64,000 nt of DNA, taken from NCBI GenBank assembly GCA_000004985.1, contig GG738851.1. One strand, written 5' to 3'. This stretch comes from Naegleria gruberi (taxonomy: Eukaryota). The notes under the pieces were generated by a model. It ran no database searches, was not told where the DNA came from, and saw only the letters and a list, made by a program, of their open reading frames with translations. A program made the position numbers and the translations under genes. Positions 1 through 10,191 of the stretch are shown here, one piece after another (position 1 is the first letter of the stretch; the number at the start of each line of letters is the position of its first letter).

Positions 1-175
1 TCTATTTACAATCAATAGATTCGTTGCATTCACTGTTCAAACATTCAAAGACTGTAGCGGGATAGTCGCCATATTCCTGGCAGGCTTCTGGTCTTAATTG
101 TAAAATGAAATAACAAATATTTATTCTGATGTTTAATTAATTTTTAAAAGCAAAACTGATTCAAAAATTTAGACT

Positions 176-622
176 TTAAGAAATTGATTTCTGTTTCAAT
201 TTACGCTTGTAAATATCAACTTTCTTATTCTTCTTGCCACCTCTTCTATTCTTTCTATTCTTTCTATTCTTCTTTCTGTAAGTGTCAATTCTTCTCTTCT
301 TATTAAATCTTCTCTTCTTTCCATAAACATCAATCTTCTTTCTGATAATTCCCTTCTTTCCAAATTTCTTCCATCCTCTTCTCTTTCTTCCATAGGTGTC
401 AATGTAGTTGTTGAGCTTTCTATTCTTCTTTCTCTTCTTGAGATTTCTCTTCTTGTTATTCTTTCTAATGAACAAGGAAAGTGTTGAGGCAGCAGTTGAT
501 TCTTCTGCAGAAACTCCAGAAGTGAAAGAAAGTGCAAGAATGGCCAAAGTCAAGGCAATCAATAAGATTGAAACAAATCTTTTCATTTTTTGTTTTTTGA
601 TTGTGTTTGAGAAGTGAAACAT
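176..622 (-). CDS. Small secreted polybasic repeat protein (signal peptide followed by K/R-rich [IV]D[TVI]Y..(K/R)n repeats), 148 aa
   Basis: Complete ORF with a true ATG (revcomp of cat at 620-622). The N-terminal hydrophobic signal peptide is MKRFVSILLIALTLAILALSFTSGVSA. The mature part is about 40% Lys/Arg with four or more repeats of IDTYGRKRR, IDVYGKKRR, IDTYRKKNR and VDIYKRK. Other frames over the same DNA are low-complexity artefacts. Confidence 0.5.
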   Translation of the reverse strand: MFHFSNTIKKQKMKRFVSILLIALTLAILALSFTSGVSAEESTAASTLSLFIRKNNKKRNLKKRKKNRKLNNYIDTYGRKRRGWKKFGKKGIIRKKIDVYGKKRRFNKKRRIDTYRKKNRKNRKNRRGGKKNKKVDIYKRKLKQKSIS

Positions 623-1327
623 GTTTCAACAGTATTTAAATGTTTGAAAAGAATAGTTTGATTAGTATATTGATTTTTATGATTTTCCATAAAGAGAGTA
701 GCCACAGATTTTGGACATTGTACATTTGGTCTTTGTTAATCGGTGCGGATAATTGAACAAGAACAGAATGAAAGAACTTCAATGGTTGGATTGTGCTCAA
801 AGATGTGGAATATCTTGGAATGAAAAAAGTTCCAATATTTAAAGAACGAAAGGACTCTGTAAACTGTTGGTGGACTTTTTGAATTAATCTGATACATCGT
901 ACTTTTTTTATTCTTGTGCTAGTAGTTTCAAGTTGTCCAATGAAGAGTGGGAATCCTCTCTTTAACTTTCGTATATTTTGAAAATGAGATAAACAAGAGG
1001 TGCTTACCACTCTATACCAAGTTATTGTTAGATGAATTTGCACTCGAGTCAAATTTTTGACACTATTGCCAATAATTGAGTTTTGATTTTTTCACCTTAG
1101 GAGTAATGATATCTTAGCTACCTCTCATTTAATTTTAAAGATTTCATCTCTAAAAACCACAGAGAAAATAATAAAAGATTGGACTCTTTCATTTTTTTTT
1201 ACAAAAAACAAGGTAATATACAAGTTATGAGATAGGTTTTGGATATAATAGTATATATTTCTTTGCAAAGAAATTCAATAAACCTTACCAAGTATGTGAG
1301 AACACAAATTAAGGAACAAAGATAAAA

Positions 1328-1446
1328 AGACTACAGCACCACAGGTTCCCAAGTTGTCTCCAACCTCAGTACTGATGTGGCTCGACGATGCTTAACTTCT
1401 CAAATCGGACGGGATGAGGTGCATTCATCGTGATATGGCCATAGCC
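1328..1446 (-). rRNA. 5S ribosomal RNA gene, copy 1
   Basis: Reverse complement reads GGCTATGGCCATATCACGATGAATGCACCTCATCCCGTCCGATTTGAGAAGTTAAGCATCGTCGAGCCACATCAGTACTGAGGTTGGAGACAACTTGGGAACCTGTGGTGCTGTAGTCT, about 119 nt. It carries canonical 5S blocks (ACGGCCATA, CCCGTCCGAT, GAAGTTAAGCA, AGTACT, GGGAAC, GTGCTGTAG). The 5' and 3' ends pair as helix I, and a T-run pol III terminator follows. It is nearly identical to the copies at 20533 and 49890; a C to U change in helix I is compensated by G:U pairing. Confidence 0.85.
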
Positions 1447-1513
1447 ATTCATCTCTCAAATACAATGAATATAAAGAACATTAGTTATTAAAATATTGTA
1501 AACTGGATAAAAA

Positions 1514-2970
1514 ATGTCGCAACATAAGAACGTTGTTATCATTGGTGGAGGAGTGGCCGGTTTGTATGCTGCCAAAACACTTTCGGATAACCAAGTTTCG
1601 AATTTTATAATTTTGGAAGCAAGTTCAAGACTTGGAGGAAGAGTTTGCTCTGATTCCGAAAGAGGTATCGAATTAGGAGGTGTGTTTACAACCAACACAT
1701 TTAAATACTAATATTTAAACTACTTTTAAAACAGCTGAATATGTTCATGGAGAGGAAACTATTTTGTGGGATATTTTGGTCAACCAATTAAATGTGGAAT
1801 TGGAATTTAATCATGACATGACAAAACTAACTCCAAAAGAATGTGGATTGGGATTAGTAGTTGGTGCGTAATTTATCAAATTATTGAAATTGGAATTAAT
1901 GAAATTTCAAAGATGGGAAAATGCTTCAAGCTGACAATCCTATATTTGCAGAATTGGATGAAATTCTTGAAAAGCTAATAAATGATGAAGAGCTAAAATT
2001 TGCAAAAGATATGACACTTAAGGAATGGCTGATTTGGAGGGAAATTCCAGAAAAGTATCACTTGTTAGTTGACTCAACAATTGCCCAGGAAAATGCAACT
2101 TGTATTGATGTGTACAGCGCTAAGGGAGCTCAAGAAGATTTAATTGCTGAGTTTAATAGTGAATTTGGAGATGGGAATTACTTTCTTAAGGGAAAGAATA
2201 CTTTGGAAAATTTGATAATTCCATATTTGGTTAAATCCATCCAACAAGAACAAATTAGATTGGATTATGCTGTGGATTCCATTGATTACACTTCCAACCA
2301 AATCAAAATTAATGGAGGCGATATTATTTGTGATAAGATTATCCTCACTGTTCCATTAACAACTTTACAACATAATTTAATTCAATTTACTCCAGATTTA
2401 TCACCAATCAAAAAGCATTTAATTCAAAATCAATTCAACATGAATGGTGGCACCAAGATTATTCTCAATTATAAGAAACCATTTTGGAGAGAACAATTCC
2501 CAAATGTGAATGTTGTTTGTGTTGGAGATGATGATCCCTTAATTTCTCAATTCTGGTTTTCGAGCACATCTGAGGAACAATCTGAGAAATTTGGACACGT
2601 AATTACTGGATTTTCAATGAGTAATAGAGCAAATTATGGAATTGTGATGGGAGAGGAGAAGGTTAAGGATCATTTCAGAAAAATGATTCAAAATATTTGT
2701 GGATTAACAAGTGAAAATGATGGATTTATTGGTGGAATGGTAAGGAATTGGCAAGATGTTGAGCACATTTCTGGAGCTTATGCATCGGTCAATACTTCAG
2801 AAGAATCGAGACAAAACTATATTGGAAACCCTAGATTGGCCCTCTCTCAACCTATTGAATCAAAGATTTATTTTGCAGGTGAATTGTTCTGTACTCATTC
2901 GCCTGCTACTATTCATGGAGCAATGGAAACTGGAAGAGATGCTGCTTTGAGAGTAATAGCCGAAATGTAA
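1514..2970 (+). CDS. Flavin-containing amine oxidase family protein (polyamine/monoamine oxidase-like), multi-exon
   Basis: Exon 1 (1514..~1679) encodes a Rossmann FAD motif, VVIIGGGVAGLYAAKTL...ILEASSRLGGRV. Exon 2 (~1735..1863) reads AEYVHGEETILWDIL, and exon 3 (~1913..2970) ends with the amine-oxidase C-terminal FAD motif YFAGELFCTHSPATIHGAMETGRDAAL. The two introns are modelled by frame continuity at about 55 and 49 nt (GT..AG); the exact junctions are inferred, not verified. Confidence 0.75.
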
Positions 2971-3208
2971 AGTTTATTCGAAAGTGTTTGTTTTTACCTT
3001 AGATACTCAGTTGACCAGATTTCAGCTAATTCTTAAGAAATCAAAAAATTTTTAAGAAAGATTTAATTTCTAAATAGCCATCAATCACATGCCAATAAAT
3101 ATGGGGAAATAAAAGTCAAAAAGTCAATGACTAGTCTTGAAAGGTGTTTCCAAAAGTAATGTGAATGGCAACTTTGCACTTATTGAAATTGTTATTTAAA
3201 CCAACCGA

Positions 3209-3946
3209 ATGTTTCTAATAGAAAACAATAACAAAAAAAGAAACAAAATGATTATGCAAGAATTTGAACCAAAGAGAAGAAACACAAAGATTTCAACAAG
3301 TTTTGATGAAAGTCCAATTACTAATATTTCACTTTCGAATAAGAATACTTCAAGTTTCGATGAACAAGTTCCAATTTTCAAAGCAAAGAGACAAACACCA
3401 TTCCCATATTTGAAGAGAAAGTCAATCAGAATTGACTTGGTATTGAAGCAACAAAAACTTGCTCAAAAGAAGAAGAATGAACAAAAGTTATTGGAATCTT
3501 TGAGAAATGACAAGAAACTGTTAGAAAATGAAAACATGACCTTGAAGGGAAGAATTATGCAAATGGAATTTATACTTCAACAATTAAAATCTACCAGACC
3601 TAGCACACAAACTCACTCAACTCAACCAAAGAAATCTAACAAGTCAACTGACTCAATTCAATGCACCAAATGTCAAAAGTGCCTCTCCTCCAAATATTTC
3701 AAATATCATGATAGAATTTGTGGAAACACCAAGCTCAATCGTTTACTTTCAGAAACGGATTTGAAAAGATTACAATTTCTAAGAAAGAATCAAAAAACTG
3801 TATTAAATTTCTCACCAAAGAATGACTGGAGAAGAAAGAGGGAAGAGTTTTTGGCTCAAATTAAGAGCGCCCAAAAGAAGCACTCTTCAAATTGTATTAT
3901 TTTCTTTAGAACACAAGAAAAGAGTTTCTATAAATCAATAAAGTAA
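3209..3946 (+). CDS. Hypothetical basic coiled-coil protein with C-terminal C2HC (UBZ4-like) zinc-finger motif
   Basis: 245-aa ORF starting at ATG 3209. It is Lys/Arg-rich, has a heptad-like central region (LESLRNDKKLLENENMTLKGRIMQMEFILQQLK) and a CTKCQKCLSSKYFKYHDRIC motif of the form C-x2-C-x11-H-x3-C. Confidence 0.5.
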   Translation: MFLIENNNKKRNKMIMQEFEPKRRNTKISTSFDESPITNISLSNKNTSSFDEQVPIFKAKRQTPFPYLKRKSIRIDLVLKQQKLAQKKKNEQKLLESLRNDKKLLENENMTLKGRIMQMEFILQQLKSTRPSTQTHSTQPKKSNKSTDSIQCTKCQKCLSSKYFKYHDRICGNTKLNRLLSETDLKRLQFLRKNQKTVLNFSPKNDWRRKREEFLAQIKSAQKKHSSNCIIFFRTQEKSFYKSIK

Positions 3947-3985
3947 AACACTTGCTCATAAAAAATTGATAAAAGCGTTAAAAGA

Positions 3986-4069
3986 TCCGATGAGACGGAA
4001 TCGAACCGCCGACCACAGGATAACAGTTTCAGCTACAGTCCCATGCTCTACCAGCTGAGCTATCATCGG
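3986..4069 (-). tRNA. tRNA-Tyr (anticodon GUA) with 11-nt intron
   Basis: Reverse complement reads CCGATGATAGCTCAGCTGGTAGAGCATGGGACTGTAG[ctgaaactgtt]ATCCTGTGGTCGGCGGTTCGATTCCGTCTCATCGGA. The cloverleaf is complete: a 7-bp acceptor stem, D-arm GCTC/GAGC, anticodon loop CTGTAGA with GTA at positions 34-36, and T-arm GGCGG-TTCGATT-CCGTC. The intron sits after position 37, as is typical for eukaryotic tRNA-Tyr. Confidence 0.85.
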
Positions 4070-4211
4070 TTACATTAACTTTTCCAAAATATTCTAAATA
4101 AATCAAAAATACGATTCAACATTATGTTTAATATTACCCCTCCATGTGAATTAATACTTACCAATTCTATTACTGTACGTTCCCAATCAAAAACAATAAT
4201 CAAGAAAAAAA

Positions 4212-5279
4212 ATGAATCAATTACTCAGACGTTCTTCTCTCGCCAATTTTTCAAAAATCAAAAATTTCAAAGCCTTCATCATTTCATCAAATTGCTCTGC
4301 ATTGGCTGTGCATTGTAATTTTCCAGTCTTTGGAATGACATCCACTCCACAATATTTCCATTCCTCCCTACAATTAAAATCCAATACAGAAGCCGAAGAA
4401 AAGAGAAGAAGAGAAAAATACGAATCTGTTATTATCGAAGCACGTAATGCCTATTATAATAAGGAATTTGATAAAGCCATCATGATGTGTAGTAATGTTT
4501 TAAAATTGGATAAAGATTATAAGGATGCTATCGGACTTCGTGGACTTTGTTATTATTATGTTGGAAAATATGAAAGTTCTTTGGCTGATTTGGATAAATA
4601 TTTGGAACAGAATGTTATTGATTTTGAAACTACATTACATAGAGCTTATTGTAATTTTAAATTAATGAGATTTGAAGATATGTTAACTGATTTGAATGCT
4701 ATTATTTTCGTTACTTCACCATCTGAATTTCCAAATAGATTTATTGATGCTCGATTAATGAGAGCTAATTATTATTTAATGACCAGGGATGTTGATTTGG
4801 CATTTGCTGATTTACATGCTATTGAAAATAATTTGGGAAATTCAAGTTTTGCCTTGCAAAATGAACAACTTGCTCAATTCTATGAAGGAATTGCTCTTTG
4901 TTATGCTGCCAGATCACAACACGATAAATCAGCATTCTACTTGACTGAATTAATTGAAAAGGGATACAAAAATCAAGGAAAGACACCAGATGCTAATATT
5001 AATTTGAAGAGAGCTCTCTCCTATGTCGAATGTTGCAATTTTGAAAAAGCCATTGAAGATATTGACCTTTACATTTCCTCTAAAGGATTTATGGAAATGC
5101 CAGGTGTCTTTATTTTGAAAGCCAAAGCACTCTTTGGAATGAAACAATACCAAAAAGCACTCGAAGAAGTATCTACCTTTGAAGAATTGGACTTTGTCAA
5201 GAGAAATCCCTTCATGATTGCACCAGAATGGTTAGACGAAGCCAAACACATCAAGGAAGAATGCAAAAAGCATTTATAA
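4212..5279 (+). CDS. TPR-repeat protein (possibly mitochondrial; basic N-terminal presequence-like region)
   Basis: 355-aa ORF with ATG at 4212. It contains several 34-residue TPR-like units (AYYNKEFDKAIMMCSNVLKLDKDYKDAIGLRGLCYYYVGKYESSLADLDKYLE...). The N-terminus MNQLLRRSSLANFSKIKNFKAF is Arg/Ser-rich. Confidence 0.6.
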   Translation: MNQLLRRSSLANFSKIKNFKAFIISSNCSALAVHCNFPVFGMTSTPQYFHSSLQLKSNTEAEEKRRREKYESVIIEARNAYYNKEFDKAIMMCSNVLKLDKDYKDAIGLRGLCYYYVGKYESSLADLDKYLEQNVIDFETTLHRAYCNFKLMRFEDMLTDLNAIIFVTSPSEFPNRFIDARLMRANYYLMTRDVDLAFADLHAIENNLGNSSFALQNEQLAQFYEGIALCYAARSQHDKSAFYLTELIEKGYKNQGKTPDANINLKRALSYVECCNFEKAIEDIDLYISSKGFMEMPGVFILKAKALFGMKQYQKALEEVSTFEELDFVKRNPFMIAPEWLDEAKHIKEECKKHL

Positions 5280-5439
5280 ATCAAAATAATCACTTCCACA
5301 CAACCCACTTTCCTCAAATAATAATAATACTTGAACAATTGCCACATCAACCACAACCAATAGGTGAATTGTACTTGTGTGTGAAACTTTTCACACAAAC
5401 TGTTGTTATCCAACCCATCAAAGAACTTCAATTAAAAAA

Positions 5440-6815
5440 ATGAGCAGCAGCAACAAGTTCTTCCGTGTGTTGCATCAATCAAAGAAGAGCAAAGCACGTG
5501 TTGGTCAAATCATTACACAGCACGGAATTATCGAAACTCCAAACTTTGTACCAGTTGGAACGAATGGAACACTCAAAGGAATTGATAATCACTCACTTTC
5601 ATCATTGGATGTTCAGTTAATGTTTTCCAATACCTATCACTTGTTGATTCATCCGGGAGTTGAGGCAATTGAACAAGCAGGAGGATTACACAAGTATGTC
5701 TCTTGATTTTTATGTTAAACATATTCACATTCATATTCACATCCACATGAAAATATTAAATATTGAATGTGATGATGATTGAATATTTCAGATTTATTTC
5801 AAGGAAACATCCAATTATTACTGATTCGGGAGGTTTTCAAGTTTTTTCACTTCAATCAACACCAACAGAGGAAGGAGTTTTTGAAGGAGAATCACCGAGG
5901 AAATTGATTGAATTGAAAGGACAATCGAAGAATAAGGCACATTCAGAAAGTTTAGTTGAGAGAGTTTCTGAGGATGGTGTGACTTTTAGATCGTATAGGG
6001 ATGGTAAATTACTTCAGCTCACTCCTGAAACATCTGTCACTGCTCAACATAAATTTGGATCTGATATTATAATTCCATTTGATGAGCTGTTACCTGAACA
6101 TGTACCAATGACTGTTATTGAAGAATCTCTGGAAAGAACTCATAGATGGGAATTACGTTCATTGAAATGTCATTTGGAATTATCAAAACAATGTAACAAA
6201 CATCAACATATGTATTGTGTTTTACATGGTGGAACTAATTTGGATTTGAGAAAGAAATCAATGGATACTCTGCTGGATCCTTCATGTTTCCAATTTAGAG
6301 ATACTGAAGATGGTTTACCAAATGGATTTGAAGGAATTGCTATTGGAGGAAGTTTAGGATCGAATAGAGAGGAAATGTTGGATGTGTTAAAATTTACCTA
6401 CAATTATTTGGAAGAGAAGATTCCACAAGATTGTTTCGTACCTAATCATATCTTAGGCATTGGTGATATTGCCTCAATGAAATCATTTATTGAACTTGGA
6501 TTTGATACATGTGATTCGGCCTATCCAACTAGATTGGCAAGACATGGTAATTTAATTGTTGGTGCTGCCTCTGGAAATCCAACAACATTATCTATTAAGA
6601 GCTCAGCCTCTCTCGGAATGCACGATAGACCAATTGATACAACTTGTGATTGTCCAGTTTGTTCTGGGCCAGATGCCTACTCTGTGGCCTACTTGCACCA
6701 TCTATTCAAGATGAGTGAACCAACTTATATAACCCTCTCAACCATTCACAACGTTAGACAAATGATGATTTGGATGAAGACGATAAGAGAGAGAATAAAG
6801 AATGATGAATTGTAA
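5440..6815 (+). CDS. QTRT1: Queuine tRNA-ribosyltransferase catalytic subunit (tRNA-guanine transglycosylase), 2 exons
   Basis: Exon 1 (5440..5693) encodes ARVGQIITQHGIIETPNFVPVGTNGTLKG...NTYHLLIHPG. A GTATGT donor and TTTCAG acceptor define a 98-nt intron. Exon 2 (5792..6815) encodes PIITDSGGFQVFSL (catalytic Asp) and the Zn site CDCPVCS...AYLHHLF. Confidence 0.85.
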
Positions 6816-6822
6816 TGTTGTT

Positions 6823-8847
6823 CTACTGTGAATTGACAGATCTTTTTTCAAACATTTCATTCTCGATTCTTGCCTTTCTCAATAAATCATCCAGTTTGTC
6901 TCTACCGAGTGGAATTACTGGAAGCTCTCTCAGATGATTCAAACGATCCTCAATGTCATTTAACTTGTTTTTGTGCTCTCTTTCAAGTCTTGCCTCCCTT
7001 ACATAGTCTCCCTTCTCAGCTTTTTCCTCTTGTTTGGTTACCTGAACAGTTTTGTTCAGAGAGGTCCATCCTCCTTGCTCATAGCTTTCATGGATTTCAA
7101 ATAAATACCTTCTCTCTACAGGCACAATTGATTTTAGCTTTTCATCTATTGATTCTAATTTTTGAATTTCATCCTTTGATGGTTCAAAACCCATTCCATA
7201 TGGAATCCCTTCTGGAGGATCATCTTCTTTGATAATTTCAATAAGTCTCTTTTCTTCCTCATCAGTCAAGGTAAAGTAAACAGCATCGTCTTTCATTTCT
7301 TGATTTTTCTTCAAAAACGTATTTTCTTCAGCTCTTGGTGTAAGCTTTTTTCTTGTTATACCAGATTTGGCAGAGTCTCCTCTTATGAGGGAATGGTTTG
7401 ATGAGATTTTTCGTCTCGAGGAATCAAGAGCTTCTGTGGGATTTTTGTTTGATTCTCTTACAAATTTCATTAAACTGGTTTTCTTTAGAATTTCCTTCTC
7501 AGATTTATGCCTTTCCACAATAATCCTTATGCTTTCATTCAATGGCTTTCCCTTAACTTCTTTCTGTTGGAGTAATAAGTCTAATTTATGTATCTTCTTC
7601 ATGTAATCTGAAGAAATGTCTCCTTCCTTAATTTCCTCGTAAGCTTCTTCAGTGGTGATAGCACTAGCTTGAGCTAAATGGAAAATGACATCATCTCTCA
7701 TCTCAAAAATTTCAGTGTTTACAGATTTTGTTAAAATATCCAAGTCAGGTGGAAGAATCACATCCACTTGTCCGTCTTCTGTGTCAATAACTATTTTTCT
7801 TGAGGTTACCTCTTGAACAAATTCTTCTAATTCCTTCCTAATTTCATCCTTTTTAATTTCAGTAATGTCTACATCAGAAGAGTCACCAACGGAACCAGCA
7901 ACTGAACTAGGTCTAGAAGAATATCTGTTGGTCAACATGTCATAGACTGTTCCAATATTTACAAATTCACTTCTAGAGATATCACCCTCTGTTGCTTCCG
8001 ATACCATATTACTTTCTTTGGATCTTGCTGAGAGGGCTGTTATTTCTGAAATCATGTCATTAATTTCTTCAGTGTTTGTAGCTTCTTGTTCCATCGATTC
8101 ATTCTTATCACTAGAACTGATAAAAGAAGTAATTGATGCATCTGTTGAAATAGTTTCATTCATACAAACAACATCCATCAGCTCATCATTAGTATTCAAA
8201 ATATCATCCAACTCCAATTCATCCCCAATTTGAGTCTGTTCAAGATCAATATTAAAGTTGGGAATTATATTTTTGAGGTTTTGCAAACTCTCCCTTAAAT
8301 CGAAAAAATCACTGTCTTCCATTCTATCCTTCATATCTTCAATGCATGAATCGCTACACATCGAAAGATTGTCATCCTCAATAAACTTAGTAACTGGTGT
8401 TGAGACTTCCGATCGGCTAACTCCAACATTATTACTCAATGGAATTTGTTCCAAGCTAGTAAGAGATGAATTAAGAGAGGAATTGAGAGAGGATGGTATT
8501 GATTCAACTCCACTCAATTTCTTTGTAGTACCACCAGATGAGACTGCCCTCTTTCTCAACTTTGAGGAAGGCAACGATGTAAGGAAGGTACCAATTGTCT
8601 GATCTTGGCTACCATTGGATGAAGAACTCTTAACAGAAGAAACAGATTCCGACAATGATATTGTTGAATCTACACTGCCAGGTCTTGTCCTACTTGAATT
8701 AATTCCCTGAGAGGTTGAAGATCTCTTATGAATAGGAGGAAATTTAAGGGAAGGAGAAGATGAAATACTACTACCAATAGAAGGCTCCTTTTTAAGAGAA
8801 GAGGCAGATGATGGCTTCTTTCTCGAAGGGGTTGATAGCATCGACAT
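6823..8847 (-). CDS. Hypothetical Ser-rich / acidic / coiled-coil protein (~674 aa)
   Basis: Long ORF. The position 8922 given by the ORF finder is a TTG; the first in-frame ATG is at 8845-8847 (MSMLSTPSRKK...). The protein has a Ser-rich N-terminus, an acidic central region and a C-terminal heptad-rich region (LEREHKNKLNDIEDRLNHLRELP). No recognisable catalytic domain. Confidence 0.55.
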   Translation of the reverse strand: MSMLSTPSRKKPSSASSLKKEPSIGSSISSSPSLKFPPIHKRSSTSQGINSSRTRPGSVDSTISLSESVSSVKSSSSNGSQDQTIGTFLTSLPSSKLRKRAVSSGGTTKKLSGVESIPSSLNSSLNSSLTSLEQIPLSNNVGVSRSEVSTPVTKFIEDDNLSMCSDSCIEDMKDRMEDSDFFDLRESLQNLKNIIPNFNIDLEQTQIGDELELDDILNTNDELMDVVCMNETISTDASITSFISSSDKNESMEQEATNTEEINDMISEITALSARSKESNMVSEATEGDISRSEFVNIGTVYDMLTNRYSSRPSSVAGSVGDSSDVDITEIKKDEIRKELEEFVQEVTSRKIVIDTEDGQVDVILPPDLDILTKSVNTEIFEMRDDVIFHLAQASAITTEEAYEEIKEGDISSDYMKKIHKLDLLLQQKEVKGKPLNESIRIIVERHKSEKEILKKTSLMKFVRESNKNPTEALDSSRRKISSNHSLIRGDSAKSGITRKKLTPRAEENTFLKKNQEMKDDAVYFTLTDEEEKRLIEIIKEDDPPEGIPYGMGFEPSKDEIQKLESIDEKLKSIVPVERRYLFEIHESYEQGGWTSLNKTVQVTKQEEKAEKGDYVREARLEREHKNKLNDIEDRLNHLRELPVIPLGRDKLDDLLRKARIENEMFEKRSVNSQ

Positions 8848-9156
8848 CAAAGACTTTTTTTTGTAGTTTGAAAAGAAGAGAAATTGGCGCCATTTTAAGA
8901 CAGCAGAAAAAACGAAACTCAAGAATTGGTTGTCTAGTCAAATTTTCAGATTGTCATGCAACAAATATCATTGGAAAGATAATAGTTTTCTTGATCCTAT
9001 CCAAAATGTTTCAAGCAAGTATTATCTTCTTCCTCTTGATGAAATAAAATTGATTAAAATTATTTTAAAGTTTTTTTGTTATTTTGTGATTGTTGTTGTT
9101 GTGAATTTTCTTCATCGTTAATAAATTAATTCCCTCTAGTATATATTTACTAAAAT

Positions 9157-9375
9157 TTAGTGATGTTTATCATCGTGACCATGTCCGTGGTTTCCGTGAT
9201 GTCCACCAGATGAAGGAATAACGCCAACTTTTTCAAGTCCAAGATAAAGAACAAAAGCAGCAATACCCCAAGAAGCTCCAGGCCAAACAAGACCCCAATT
9301 ACGTGGGCTACGGATAGCTTTGCTAAAGTTGAGTTTTGGGTGTTCTCTCCAAGTATCGTATTTTTCAAAGACCAT
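9157..9375 (-). CDS. NADH dehydrogenase (complex I) beta-subcomplex subunit 3 (NDUFB3/B12)-like small His-rich single-TM protein
   Basis: 72-aa ORF from ATG 9373-9375: MVFEKYDTWREHPKLNFSKAIRSPRNWGLVWPGASWGIAAFVLYLGLEKV...HHGNHGHGHDDKHH. It aligns to human NDUFB3 in RDPWGRNEAW, FKWGFAAFVVAVGAEYYL and the C-terminal KKHH, and carries a His-rich tract. The overlapping ORF 9150..9368 is an out-of-frame artefact. Confidence 0.5.
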   Translation of the reverse strand: MVFEKYDTWREHPKLNFSKAIRSPRNWGLVWPGASWGIAAFVLYLGLEKVGVIPSSGGHHGNHGHGHDDKHH

Positions 9376-9672
9376 TTTTTTAAAATATTTATTTTTAAAA
9401 TTTGGAATTGATTTTATTGTTTTCTTTGTTTGATAATCAACAAAACAGAAAGTGAAAACACTTGTGCTAAGCTTACTTGAAACAACAAGAAAAGATATCA
9501 AATTTATAATATTTAAAGACCCAGTTGTATTGTTTAGGATTGAAATAATTTAAAGAAAATAAATACATGATATTCTCAATGTGTGTTGAAAATTATAGCA
9601 TCATATTCAATTCTTGTCCATTAGTTCATGTCGGAATGTGTGTTTGATTATTCTTATTTTCTCTCGGTGTAT

Positions 9673-10191
9673 TTATTGTTGTGGTTGTTGAGCAGCAGCT
9701 TGCATTTGTTTCACTTCTTCTGGTGTAAATTCAGTTTCATAAACACCATTCCATTGTAAGAACTTCATCTTTGGTGGAATGTGGTCCTTTGGTATATCAC
9801 AGTCATATTCAAGAGTAATAGCTTCATCCTTTTCATATTTGACATCATCAGCGTCAATTTCCCAAGCTCTCCATTCGGCAACCTTTGGAATTAAATCAAG
9901 TTGATCTTCCAATAAAACAATAATTTCTTCAACTTGTCCTCTGTTCAAAGTGTCTTCAACAACTTGATAATCATCAGTTGATCTACAAACTTGACTAATA
10001 TATTTAAAGTTATTTTCGTTTGATGTTCTGAAAAAGGTTCCCTTTGGAATGTTGCATGAATCCAACTTGTTCAATCCGTCATCACAGAGCATTAAAATCA
10101 TTTCTCTCCATCTTGGTTGGGCAGGGAAACCGACGATACCAGTCATGGTCTTGACTCTTGGAGCCAATAATTTGGAGCAAGCACGAAACAT
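9673..10191 (-). CDS. NDUFA5: NADH dehydrogenase (complex I) alpha-subcomplex subunit 5 (NDUFA5/B13)
   Basis: 172-aa ORF with ATG at 10189-10191. MTGIVGFPAQPRWREMILMLC matches the NDUFA5 block TTGLVGL...L..LY..IL, and LEDTLNRGQVEEIIVLLEDQLDLIPKVAEWRAWE matches [35 protein letters not shown]. Confidence 0.75.
   Translation of the reverse strand: MFRACSKLLAPRVKTMTGIVGFPAQPRWREMILMLCDDGLNKLDSCNIPKGTFFRTSNENNFKYISQVCRSTDDYQVVEDTLNRGQVEEIIVLLEDQLDLIPKVAEWRAWEIDADDVKYEKDEAITLEYDCDIPKDHIPPKMKFLQWNGVYETEFTPEEVKQMQAAAQQPQQ

Noticed and set aside
196-617. Overlapping ORFs (196..537 minus and 408..617 plus) over the polybasic gene
   Set aside because: These are alternate-frame readings of the same AG/CT-rich repeat DNA (ERR/EEE and FLF runs). 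Only the frame with the signal peptide has a non-repetitive N-terminus.
636-1052. 138-aa minus-strand ORF
   Set aside because: The composition is not protein-like and there are no motifs. It reads as low-complexity AT-rich intergenic sequence upstream of a 5S gene, so it is probably spurious.
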